A DNA stretch of 64,000 nt from a virus. Position numbers and translations under genes: made by a program. This document shows positions 1 through 8,275 of the stretch, piece after piece (within the stretch, counting starts at the first letter, position 1; every line of letters starts with the position of its first letter). The notes under the pieces were generated by a model that did not search any database, was not told where the DNA came from, and saw nothing but the letters and a program-made list of their open reading frames with translations. The stretch covers positions 121,238 through 185,237 of the IMG/VR virus record IMGVR_UViG_3300047562_003246. One strand, given 5' to 3'.

Positions 1-17
1 TTAGACGATGCGATAAA

Positions 18-1955
18 TTAAACACCAAGTGCTTCCCAAATTTCTTTAACGCGGCTGCTTAAACTCTCAGAAAGAATGAAGCTTCCATCGTTTAACGCAG
101 CTGCGTCTTGTGGTGTAAAGAAATCATCCAGCATCAGGTTGATATCCGGATAACCGAACTGGTGCCAAATTGCAACCGTCCCAAAGTTGACAGCATTTGC
201 AAAATCATCACTAGTACCTACTAACTTTGTGATAATCGAGAACGAACCACCACCAGCTCTTTCTATCTGTTCTTGCTTAAGGTTAGTAAAGTCAGACAAC
301 AAGGCTCGTCCCATTGTTTGCAGCGTATCTTTTTCGTCACCCATGTACGGATTGAAGAATCGAACCCTGCCAGCTTTGATAGCCTGAGCGAGTAATATCA
401 AGCTTCTTGTTTTATCTAGTGTGTAATAAACACCTTCACCTGTTTCAGGATTGGATGCGTGTCTGCAAAATAATTCTTGTTTTAGGTTTGCGCCGTATCC
501 AATACGAAAAATATTTGTATGTACAGAGGCTTGCATTTTCATAATCATTTCAGAAAAGTAACCGCCGTTACCTGTGTCGTAGGCAAGCCCATTACATCTG
601 AATCGATTGAGTGTTTCAAGCACCATGCGAGTTTCTAATTGTCTGTCTAATGGGTTAGCGTTTTCCCAGCCCCATAAGACATCCACAGTACCGTGGTGCG
701 ATAGACCAAGCACAGCTATTTTTGTTCGAGAAAGCGGAGCAGGTCCTGCGTCATTTTTGTCTAGATACTTTAGCGAACCACCACCCCAGTCAATCGCCAA
801 CATGCGATAAGAATAATCTTGCACTAAATCTTTGGCGCGATTGACATTGTAGGGAATCCTCAAATTAGCTGCTCGCTTGATATCCATTTCACCAAGCAGA
901 CCTGCCCCTGAGTCAAACGGTTCTCCGTAGACTTCGTTGTAAAGTCTGTACTTAGGTAACAATGGATCTTTGACAAGCTGAATAATCTGCGCCCAGCGAG
1001 TTTGACTTTGATTGTGCCAAGGCATGATGGGTTGAGGAATATGGATACCTCGTTTTGTGAACCATCGATCAGGATATCTAGATTGCCAGTGACCGTCTTG
1101 AACAAAGATAGGTTCTTTGCATTTAGCACAAATAATACCAGGACGCTCTGGACTGATGTCTGGTCGCCACGGACCAATCATTTTTTCAAGATCGTATTCA
1201 ACGCTGCAAATGTTTTCTTTTTTGCACGTCTTGTTTCTACATGGAATTACCCATTCACTTTGGCTGCTTTCTTTCCACTTATGTTGCAGCGTACCATTAA
1301 GAGTGAGTGGTGTTCCGCTGTAAACTTCGTAGTTGCCATGCTCGCTACCGTCCATCGTACGCTGAATAACGTCAATCACATCTAGTAATGTCAGCTGGAC
1401 TTCGTCAATACGAATCTTGCGAGCACTAAGACCACGAACACGGTTCGCATCGTTGTATGCGTAAGCTAAAACAATGGTTGACTTGTTTGGAAAAGATCTC
1501 TGCAAAACTTGGTTAGCAGCTTTACGATCTATCAGCATCTTTTTGACCGGTGAATCTTCGATCATTGGCTGAATGTAAATCGAACTAAGACGCCGAATCA
1601 TTTCAAAAAATGGCATCACGTAAAGTGTCTTGTAGTTATCGACCATCACAGACTCGATGATCATTTCAAGCACGTTGTGAAACGTCTTACCAGTTTGCCG
1701 AGCGCACATTTTGACCATGAGCATAACCATGTCCATGTCAAAACAGACTTCAAACGGAAAGTGTTTCTCTAGTGTGACTTGCTTACCTTCGTATCGAAAA
1801 AGTAACGGCAGCAGAGGTGCATAATTTCGCTGATCGCCGCTAAGCTGGAATAATGTAACAAGCGGTATTAGATCTGGATTAGCGTCAGCAGCTTTCTTAC
1901 ACCAAAGCAGCGCTGGGTTTTCCGGATTGCTAAAGTCTACAGGTTGGATAGCCAT
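18..1955 (-). CDS. terL: Phage terminase large subunit (GpA-like)
   Basis: Walker A-like ARQTGKT, Walker B IRIDEVQ, coupling motif YSGTP, Cys cluster EWVIPC..C..C, NEVYGEPF, nuclease-domain MLAIDWG and terminal DDFANA. Confidence 0.85.
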   Translation of the reverse strand: MAIQPVDFSNPENPALLWCKKAADANPDLIPLVTLFQLSGDQRNYAPLLPLLFRYEGKQVTLEKHFPFEVCFDMDMVMLMVKMCARQTGKTFHNVLEMIIESVMVDNYKTLYVMPFFEMIRRLSSIYIQPMIEDSPVKKMLIDRKAANQVLQRSFPNKSTIVLAYAYNDANRVRGLSARKIRIDEVQLTLLDVIDVIQRTMDGSEHGNYEVYSGTPLTLNGTLQHKWKESSQSEWVIPCRNKTCKKENICSVEYDLEKMIGPWRPDISPERPGIICAKCKEPIFVQDGHWQSRYPDRWFTKRGIHIPQPIMPWHNQSQTRWAQIIQLVKDPLLPKYRLYNEVYGEPFDSGAGLLGEMDIKRAANLRIPYNVNRAKDLVQDYSYRMLAIDWGGGSLKYLDKNDAGPAPLSRTKIAVLGLSHHGTVDVLWGWENANPLDRQLETRMVLETLNRFRCNGLAYDTGNGGYFSEMIMKMQASVHTNIFRIGYGANLKQELFCRHASNPETGEGVYYTLDKTRSLILLAQAIKAGRVRFFNPYMGDEKDTLQTMGRALLSDFTNLKQEQIERAGGGSFSIITKLVGTSDDFANAVNFGTVAIWHQFGYPDINLMLDDFFTPQDAAALNDGSFILSESLSSRVKEIWEALGV

Positions 1956-1966
1956 CAGTCATCAAC

Positions 1967-2179
1967 GTGAAAGTAATGAACGAACCTAGATACAACACAC
2001 AGACTGACACGATTATCAATCTTGGCGAACTCTATCCTAGCGGCAAACATGTCGGCGATAGAACAAACCAAGAGCGTATCAAACAACTTATAGATTTACA
2101 AGATAAAGGTGTGATACTAACACCTGCCGCTAGGGAAGAAATAAAGCAGTATCTTAAAAACAGAGTATCCACAGAATAG
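1967..2179 (+). CDS. Small hypothetical protein
   Basis: 70-aa ORF divergent from terL, abutting the next ORF. Confidence 0.5.
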   Translation: MKVMNEPRYNTQTDTIINLGELYPSGKHVGDRTNQERIKQLIDLQDKGVILTPAAREEIKQYLKNRVSTE

Positions 2180-2182
2180 TCC

Positions 2183-2509
2183 TTGCGTAACGGCATACAC
2201 CGTGTAGTTGTATGCGACAGCCGCATGTCCTCTGCTGGAGAGAGTGTCGTGGGAAAGTATGCCAACGACAGAAAAGCCCTGGAAGATCGCTTGATTCAAC
2301 CAGGCAACCCCGAGGTTTCAGAAGCAACGTATGTAACATGCGCTGCGATGATCGGATTGGGTTATGTTTTTGGAAGTGGACTTCTTGCTATCGTTGGTCT
2401 CGGTGCGCTCGTAGCGCGCGTCATTGTTGAAAGTCAACATGACTTGAGACAACGAGCAGCGGCTCAATCTTCCAAAAATCAACATGACTCTAACAATCAG
2501 CAGCCTTGA
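2183..2509 (+). CDS. Small membrane protein
   Basis: Hydrophobic segment AAMIGLGYVFGSGLLAIVGLGALVARVIV. Confidence 0.6.
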   Translation: MRNGIHRVVVCDSRMSSAGESVVGKYANDRKALEDRLIQPGNPEVSEATYVTCAAMIGLGYVFGSGLLAIVGLGALVARVIVESQHDLRQRAAAQSSKNQHDSNNQQP

Positions 2510-2855
2510 ACTTCTGATAGCGATCCTCGGCGTTTGTCAAATTCTCGAAGTTTGGCGGCACGGTTCTATCTGTGCAGAATTTAAAGCCAAACTAGAAGCG
2601 GGATATTACATGTCCCCAGATAGTTTTCTAGTCAGATTACTCATGTGTAATTTCTGTCTGAGCGTCTGGGTGACAGGAGTGGTCGTCTTACTATTAGTTC
2701 TTCGACCACTCTTTCATGAATACGTAGCAAACGTAATCACGTTTTTGATATTGGTAGCAGGGTTGACGCGGGCATCTAATTTGTTACATGATGTTACCCG
2801 TCCCTGGAGTCGTACACCAAACTCAAAAGCTGTTGAAGAGAACAGCAAAAAATAA
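2484..2855 (+). CDS. Membrane protein, DUF1360-like
   Basis: LLMCNFCLSVW resembles the CxxCxSvW motif of DUF1360; about three hydrophobic helices. Confidence 0.5.
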   Translation: MTLTISSLELLIAILGVCQILEVWRHGSICAEFKAKLEAGYYMSPDSFLVRLLMCNFCLSVWVTGVVVLLLVLRPLFHEYVANVITFLILVAGLTRASNLLHDVTRPWSRTPNSKAVEENSKK

Positions 2856-2861
2856 GTGAGA

Positions 2862-2896
2862 AGAGCCGCACAAGGTCACCAGTCTTGTGCGGCTCT
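2862..2896. other. Perfect 13-bp inverted repeat (hairpin)
   Basis: AGAGCCGCACAAG / CTTGTGCGGCTCT with 9-nt loop; no strong U-tract. Confidence 0.8.
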
Positions 2897-2951
2897 GATT
2901 TTGACTTCAGGCTAATTTCCCAACCCCAAAGCCAAACCTCAATCAATCACT

Positions 2952-3992
2952 ATGAATGTACCCGACAGGAAGTCTCGGGTCAAGAGCGTTCTCTCGCGAT
3001 CCGTCAAAGAATTCGAAGAAATACAAAAGATAACAGGAGCTAAAAACCTACCTAAGTTCGAACTGCTGATGCAAAACAAAGCACGAATTGTCCAGCAAAC
3101 CAAAGCTGTTCTAGAAGAATCTTGGAACAATAGACTAGATGCTATATACCGAGGCGACATAGCGGACTCCCGCATGTTTCCTATCAAAGAGTTTCACGAC
3201 AGACTCAACGATGTGGAACGCTGCTGCACAGAGTACACACGTTATGGTCCTGTGTTTGCGTGCCAGCAAAGTCTCGCATGTCCCATCTGTAACAGCCACG
3301 CTGCGTACGCTTTTGCTTCTCAAAGAACAGCGATGCTTTTTGAACAACTTGGAAAAGTAGATTACGTCAAAGTTTTCGAAATCGTAATTAACTTTGGCGA
3401 TGTGTACATGAGTTTTGCTCCAGAACGATTCGACGAACTTAGCCAAGTGCGAACAGACATACGAGACTTCTTCGCTAAACGCGATAAAGCTTTTCTGCTA
3501 CAGGGTTCGAAACGAGGCTATCCAAAAACGTATCGACTACTCGATATGTTCATTCACTCTGCACCGTCAACAGTAAACACGCAAATGATCTTCCCGCATC
3601 TGCATGTTGTCGGCGTACCTGTATCCACAAGAACAACGCTAGATGATTTTGTCGACGCAGTATACGCCGCTTGCAAAAACTGGAATATTCAGGCTGGGGT
3701 AAATTTTTCACCTTCAGAAACTTTCTACGCGAAAAAAGCTTCAGGCAAAAAAACAAAAAACACCAAAGACTTTTTCAGAAAGATGCACTACTTAGCGAGG
3801 TGTATTAAACCAAGTAGTCACAACGGTAATTCGTATCTGAGCACCGTGACAAGCGTACCTAGAATCTTGCGGCAGCGAACAAGTAAATCAGGTACCACAG
3901 TGAGCGAGCAATACCGAAAAATTAAAGCTGCTGGTAACGCCAAAATAATCGCTAGGTTTGATAGCCAGGTTTCACAGTTCCGAATAGTGTAG
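2952..3992 (+). CDS. Putative HUH endonuclease, rolling-circle Rep-like
   Basis: N-terminal RLxxxxxC..C.....CPIC cluster, HUH motif FPHLHVV, downstream Tyr in HYLARCIK; same motif order as pC194/Rep_1-type Reps. Confidence 0.5.
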   Translation: MNVPDRKSRVKSVLSRSVKEFEEIQKITGAKNLPKFELLMQNKARIVQQTKAVLEESWNNRLDAIYRGDIADSRMFPIKEFHDRLNDVERCCTEYTRYGPVFACQQSLACPICNSHAAYAFASQRTAMLFEQLGKVDYVKVFEIVINFGDVYMSFAPERFDELSQVRTDIRDFFAKRDKAFLLQGSKRGYPKTYRLLDMFIHSAPSTVNTQMIFPHLHVVGVPVSTRTTLDDFVDAVYAACKNWNIQAGVNFSPSETFYAKKASGKKTKNTKDFFRKMHYLARCIKPSSHNGNSYLSTVTSVPRILRQRTSKSGTTVSEQYRKIKAAGNAKIIARFDSQVSQFRIV

Positions 3993-4002
3993 GATCCTGC
4001 GC
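3989..4002 (+). repeat. Dispersed 14-bp motif GTAGGATCCTGCGC, copy 1
   Basis: Exact match; its TAG is the stop of 2952..3992. Confidence 0.97.
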
Positions 4003-4042
4003 AGTCGCTTAGGTAACTCAAAATGCGGCAGTCCTACTACTA

Positions 4043-4477
4043 ATGGAAACAATTCCTCTAGGCGCGAAAAGTTTTTATAAAACAAATCGCGAATTTTCAA
4101 AATTTCATTGGGTTTTTTGGAACTTGTTCAGCAATCCCCATCAGGAGTATCTACCCTTGTCCACACAAACCTTCAGACACACGCACTCAAACCCACACAT
4201 CACTGCAATTATGAAAGTAATAACCTCTTGGTCCACTGTGAAACCCAACGACCGAATCATCTGCAAAGTATCCGTATTCGAACCGACTCTTATCCCTGAT
4301 CAAAAACCCGGTAGTTGCTACTACCTCCGAATCACTTCAGTAAACCAAACCGATACTGACTTCGTCTTTGATACCCAGTACGAAAACCAAAACTTCGAAC
4401 CTATTCCAGGCTTAACCAAACTACTCACCATCCCGCTTGGCGAAGATAACCGCTTCATAGTTCTTCGTAAGCCGTAA
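4043..4477 (+). CDS. Hypothetical protein
   Basis: 144-aa ORF in C-rich/G-poor segment. Confidence 0.55.
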   Translation: METIPLGAKSFYKTNREFSKFHWVFWNLFSNPHQEYLPLSTQTFRHTHSNPHITAIMKVITSWSTVKPNDRIICKVSVFEPTLIPDQKPGSCYYLRITSVNQTDTDFVFDTQYENQNFEPIPGLTKLLTIPLGEDNRFIVLRKP

Positions 4478-4508
4478 TGCTTTTAACTCTCGCACACAAA
4501 CTTGTAGC

Positions 4509-4783
4509 ATGCCAAAAGTAAACCAACCCAAATACGACATACCTACCGACCTACCAACCTACTGAATCTGCTTAAAGCAAACTGCTCTGTACACACAATC
4601 ATCCAGTACAAAAACGGACGCATCTGGCTTTACTGCCACAACCATGCCTACGATCACAACGGCGTACTCGCCGATAACTACCTGCGACAACTAATAAACC
4701 AGTTGCCTCCAGGCTCACTTGCAGGTCACGACAATAGCCCAGCACTGTTCAACCTCAGAAACAGACACGGCAAACGAATTTAG
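4509..4783 (+). pseudogene. Frameshifted small ORF across an 8-bp tandem repeat
   Basis: ATG4509 frame stops at 4562-4564; another frame is open 4508-4783 with no ATG; ACCTACCG/ACCTACCA/ACCTACTG lies at the junction. Confidence 0.4.
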
Positions 4784-4798
4784 CTCAGTAATCACTTT

Positions 4799-6040
4799 TT
4801 GTTCACTCCACTTAGTCCAGGATCAAACCAAATGTCAACAACAACAAAAAGCAATCACCCACTCGCAGATCTGTGTCTACCAGTCGAACAACTCTACGCA
4901 GAAGACCACATCTACCAACTTGTATCCTCGCAAAAACTAATCCAAGCTATTCCGACTCTAGAACACTACATACCGCAAGTGCTATTCATGCACTCGAACC
5001 AACCAGAACTAACCAATCTGTACCTGCAGGCAATGCTGCTAAAGCACCAAAACCAAAATCTAGATTTAACTCAGCCACTTCAAAAACTTCACTTAACAGC
5101 CGAGCAGTTCAGCAAGCTCGATCAGTACATCGCCGTCATTCCTAAATGGGTCTACCCACCACAAACAAAAGCACTCAAAATGACAACGCCGCCTGATTGT
5201 CATCCAGTTGTCGAACCGATTTACCAGTTCGCGCAGCTTCTAGACATGCCTGCCTCGGGTACCTACGCCCAAGACTACATGGACGATCAGCAATACACGA
5301 TATTTATGCAAAGTCAAAAACCTGAAACGAGTCAATTCAAAAAACATCTGGTGACCAGGATCTTCGAAACACTCCACAACCAGTACGCTACAAACAATCC
5401 GGTTTACAGCAAAAGATATTTCTTGCGAACAGAAACAGATCTGGCACTGTACTCTTTACAGGGCTCCTCACGTATTACTGAAACCCAATTAAACACAGTA
5501 CAAGATTTGCTTTATGCAGAGAACGTACTGACCCGTAAAGAACATCTTATGGACTACCGGCCACTGAAGTTCATTCGGTTTTTGCTTGCAAGCAGACGCT
5601 ATTTCTGCTTTGAGTTTTATAGGGTTTCACTTCATCGTGTCTGGTCGAGTAACAATCCATCTTTGTTCAGCGAGATTGACTACTCGAAACCAGAGAAAAT
5701 TACACAGCAGTTATTTCATAACCTCGATAACATGCGTCAAGACTTCGAACTTGAAGTCACTTATGATCGTCAGAAATTTCATGAACTTACTACAGGAAAA
5801 ATCACTGCACAGCAAGCTGCAGAGACAACCCTGTCGGCAGATCTAGATGCTTATCCGGCAAATAATCTGACCGTGACTCTGCCGATGTGTACAGCCACAA
5901 CCAACGCAGTAGCCTTGCTGTTTAGTTTGGCGTCTCAGTTGCCTAAGTACACCATGTACCATTCGTACTTGGCTAAAGACTTCAAAACCCTTCAGCAAAA
6001 CCTGGAACAACCCACGATGACCGTAAGCTCCGTTTTGTAG
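4799..6040 (+). CDS. Hypothetical protein
   Basis: 413-aa ORF; TAG stop lies inside the palindromic motif variant. Confidence 0.7.
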   Translation: MFTPLSPGSNQMSTTTKSNHPLADLCLPVEQLYAEDHIYQLVSSQKLIQAIPTLEHYIPQVLFMHSNQPELTNLYLQAMLLKHQNQNLDLTQPLQKLHLTAEQFSKLDQYIAVIPKWVYPPQTKALKMTTPPDCHPVVEPIYQFAQLLDMPASGTYAQDYMDDQQYTIFMQSQKPETSQFKKHLVTRIFETLHNQYATNNPVYSKRYFLRTETDLALYSLQGSSRITETQLNTVQDLLYAENVLTRKEHLMDYRPLKFIRFLLASRRYFCFEFYRVSLHRVWSSNNPSLFSEIDYSKPEKITQQLFHNLDNMRQDFELEVTYDRQKFHELTTGKITAQQAAETTLSADLDAYPANNLTVTLPMCTATTNAVALLFSLASQLPKYTMYHSYLAKDFKTLQQNLEQPTMTVSSVL

Positions 6041-6052
6041 GATCCTACAAAA
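6033..6052. repeat. Perfect 20-bp palindrome TTTTGTAGGATCCTACAAAA (symmetric motif variant)
   Basis: Self-complementary; core GTAGGATCCTAC. Confidence 0.95.
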
Positions 6053-6097
6053 TAAAGCTCTTTAAAAGTTTACTTACACACACACGAGTTAAAACCC

Positions 6098-6331
6098 ATG
6101 ACAAGAAAAACCTTTAGCGACCTGGACTTTATTAGCAACAAAGCAGCATGGCCAAACGGCGTATGCTGCCTGCTCAAAGAAACTAGCTCAGGTCGCGAGT
6201 TTGGATTTCTACAAGCAAGCGACATCCAGCTCACTGTTAACCTGGGGATGATCTGGGAAGGAGGCACAGGCGAAACGAAAACCTATAACTCAGTAGAGGA
6301 GTTACTCTCTGACGGCTGGTTAGTAGACTAG
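6098..6331 (+). CDS. Small hypothetical protein
   Basis: 77-aa ORF ending in a phage-like ELLSDGWLVD tail. Confidence 0.55.
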   Translation: MTRKTFSDLDFISNKAAWPNGVCCLLKETSSGREFGFLQASDIQLTVNLGMIWEGGTGETKTYNSVEELLSDGWLVD

Positions 6332-6369
6332 CGATAATAGACTAACCTAGCTAAATAGGCCCCAGCGTA

Positions 6370-7044
6370 ATGAGCAAAATAAAACGACTAAGAAAATCCT
6401 TAGTTAAATCTAACCAAGATATTAGTACTACTAGAACAATAAAAGATTTACTTCTTGCGCTAGGTTATTCTCAAGCACTGTTCGACGTGGTTGTAATCAC
6501 GGACGGTAGTGGGTCAAGCTGGCCAAAACCTACAGGATCAGCTGCCCTTGTTGCTGTTAGACATCAAGAAGAAATTTTATTACATAGTTCTAGTAGTGCA
6601 GGTACTAACCAGACCGCAGAACTTGATGCGGTCTGTCTTGCAATGAGATACCTTTTAAGTCAGAATCATCACAAACAAAAGAAAGGATGCCGAGTACTTG
6701 TAATCACTGATAGTTTGCTGGTAGAAAATACTCTTAAGGGTATTGCAGAAGATCCAATCAAGTTGTATAACAATGCGACTTATTGTGACGTAGTATCGGG
6801 ACTGCTAGCTATGGCTAGAAGAGGGTTCCGATATAGTGTGCATAGGTTCAGCCGAAATATTTCTCCTATGCATGCCGCAGTCGACGCCGCCAGTCGAGCC
6901 GCCCGATTGCAACAAGACGTACGAAGTGCTTATGATGTAGCACTTCAAAAGACACCTCAATCAAATCGAAGGAAAAACAATGCCAAAGAAAGGCAGCACC
7001 AAAGCACCGAAGAAGCTCGATCCAAAAAGCGTAGAACCCAATAA
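6370..7044 (+). CDS. rnhA: Ribonuclease HI-like protein
   Basis: ITDGSG, TNQTAELDAV, VITDS, HAAVDAASR match the RNase H acidic tetrad spacing. Confidence 0.8.
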   Translation: MSKIKRLRKSLVKSNQDISTTRTIKDLLLALGYSQALFDVVVITDGSGSSWPKPTGSAALVAVRHQEEILLHSSSSAGTNQTAELDAVCLAMRYLLSQNHHKQKKGCRVLVITDSLLVENTLKGIAEDPIKLYNNATYCDVVSGLLAMARRGFRYSVHRFSRNISPMHAAVDAASRAARLQQDVRSAYDVALQKTPQSNRRKNNAKERQHQSTEEARSKKRRTQ

Positions 7045-7990
7045 GTACCTGTATTCTGTAGCGCAGGATCCTACGACTAAAAGACTACGTGTCAACGCGA
7101 TTTACTTTCCAGAGATAGGCAATGGCCCTTGTGTACCTTGCGGGGTCGTACTTGTGCTCGACAAGTCCATGAGTAAGATCTCAAGGGCTGGGTTAGATCC
7201 GACTGTTCCGTTTGGTACCGTCAAGCTTTTGCCATTTGAGCAAAAAGAACCAGCAGCTGAAACAATCATGCTGACGCTGAATAGTTTCAGTTGCGAAGTT
7301 TTCCCAGAAGGTGAAATCAATTTCTTGATGGCGGCATCGGCATACGGACTAATCGTTTCGGCTCCCGAGGCTCAGCCGGTGGCAGAAGCTAAGCCAGAAA
7401 CCAAGAAGGGTAAGAAAGCCAAGGAAGAAGAAGTCGTCGAGGAAGAAGAGCTAACCGACGACGATGACCTGCAGGAAGAAGAGTCAGAAGAATCCGACGA
7501 TAGCGAAGATGCTGATGACGATGATGACTCGGATGATGATGACTCGGATGATGATGACTCGGATGATGATGACGCAGACGATGATGACTCGGATGATGAT
7601 GATGATTCAGATGATGATTCAGATGATGACTCGGATGATGACTCGGATGACGATGATGACTCAGACGATGATGATGAGTACGAAGAAGAGGATGATGACT
7701 CGGATGATGACTCAGATGATGATGACTCAGACGATGAAGATTCAGACGATGACGATTCAGATGATGATGACGACGATGCTGATGCTGATGATGAGGACGA
7801 AGAGATTGTGGAGTTCACCCCAGCAGAACTTAAGAAGATGCTGAAGAAGGTTAAGAACGCCGCAACAGTTAAGGTCCTCGAAGACATCGCCGAAGAGTTG
7901 GGAGAGGAGCTTCCAGCCAACGTCAAGTTGCCGAAGGCAAAGAAGCTTTTGATCGCAGTGATTGAAGGCGAGTTAAGCGCTGAAGAGTAA
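6980..7990 (+). CDS. Hypothetical protein with long Asp/Glu-rich tract
   Basis: About 120-aa D/E/S tract followed by a small helical C-terminal domain. Confidence 0.75.
   Translation: MPKKGSTKAPKKLDPKSVEPNKYLYSVAQDPTTKRLRVNAIYFPEIGNGPCVPCGVVLVLDKSMSKISRAGLDPTVPFGTVKLLPFEQKEPAAETIMLTLNSFSCEVFPEGEINFLMAASAYGLIVSAPEAQPVAEAKPETKKGKKAKEEEVVEEEELTDDDDLQEEESEESDDSEDADDDDDSDDDDSDDDDSDDDDADDDDSDDDDDSDDDSDDDSDDDSDDDDDSDDDDEYEEEDDDSDDDSDDDDSDDEDSDDDDSDDDDDDADADDEDEEIVEFTPAELKKMLKKVKNAATVKVLEDIAEELGEELPANVKLPKAKKLLIAVIEGELSAEE
7061..7074 (-). repeat. 14-bp motif copy 2
   Basis: GCGCAGGATCCTAC, read as AQDPT. Confidence 0.97.
7500..7800 (+). repeat. Low-complexity coding repeat (GATGATGACTCG-like units)
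   Basis: Encodes (D)nS units. Confidence 0.85.
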
Positions 7991-8034
7991 ATGCTGTTTC
8001 AGTAGGTTTTACGTTTAAAAGATTTATGATCTTT

Positions 8035-8073
8035 AAGGGCGGTCACTCGGAAGAGTAGCCGCCCTTTTTTTTT
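8035..8073 (+). terminator. Intrinsic terminator
   Basis: AAGGGCGGT..ACTC-GGAA-GAGT..GCCGCCC followed by a T run. Confidence 0.85.
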
Positions 8074-8275
8074 CTCGCGCGTGAACCAGCGTTTTAGTTG
8101 AGGTCAGCATGGAGAATCGTAACTCGGTAATACTTACCAAGGCACAGTACGATTACTTATTACCTGCTATGCCAAATAAGTTGCTATGCAGGAGATTGAA
8201 GTATTTCGATGAGTATTATTTCATAGGTACCGCCGATGAAATTTTTGATATGCGACGGCGGTTAATCGGTTTATC

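Noticed and set aside
187-1385. Small + strand ORFs inside terL and other short antisense ORFs throughout
   Set aside because: Fully overlap long motif-bearing genes and show no recognisable features.
3859-3872. Degenerate motif CTAGAATCTTGCGG in the HUH gene
   Set aside because: Only 10/14 match; expected by chance.
6025-6060. AAGCTC on both sides of the palindrome as a target-site duplication
   Set aside because: Not directly abutting the element, only 6 bp, and no other copy has duplicated flanks.
7500-7800. Repeats as a possible CRISPR array
   Set aside because: Low-complexity in-frame codon repeats with no unique spacers.
7372-7926. Ser-rich reverse ORF and Met/Thr-rich ORF 7464..7844
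   Set aside because: Shadow frames of the GAT/GAC poly-Asp repeat; the same applies to 22100..22291, 26607..26936 and 26736..26930.
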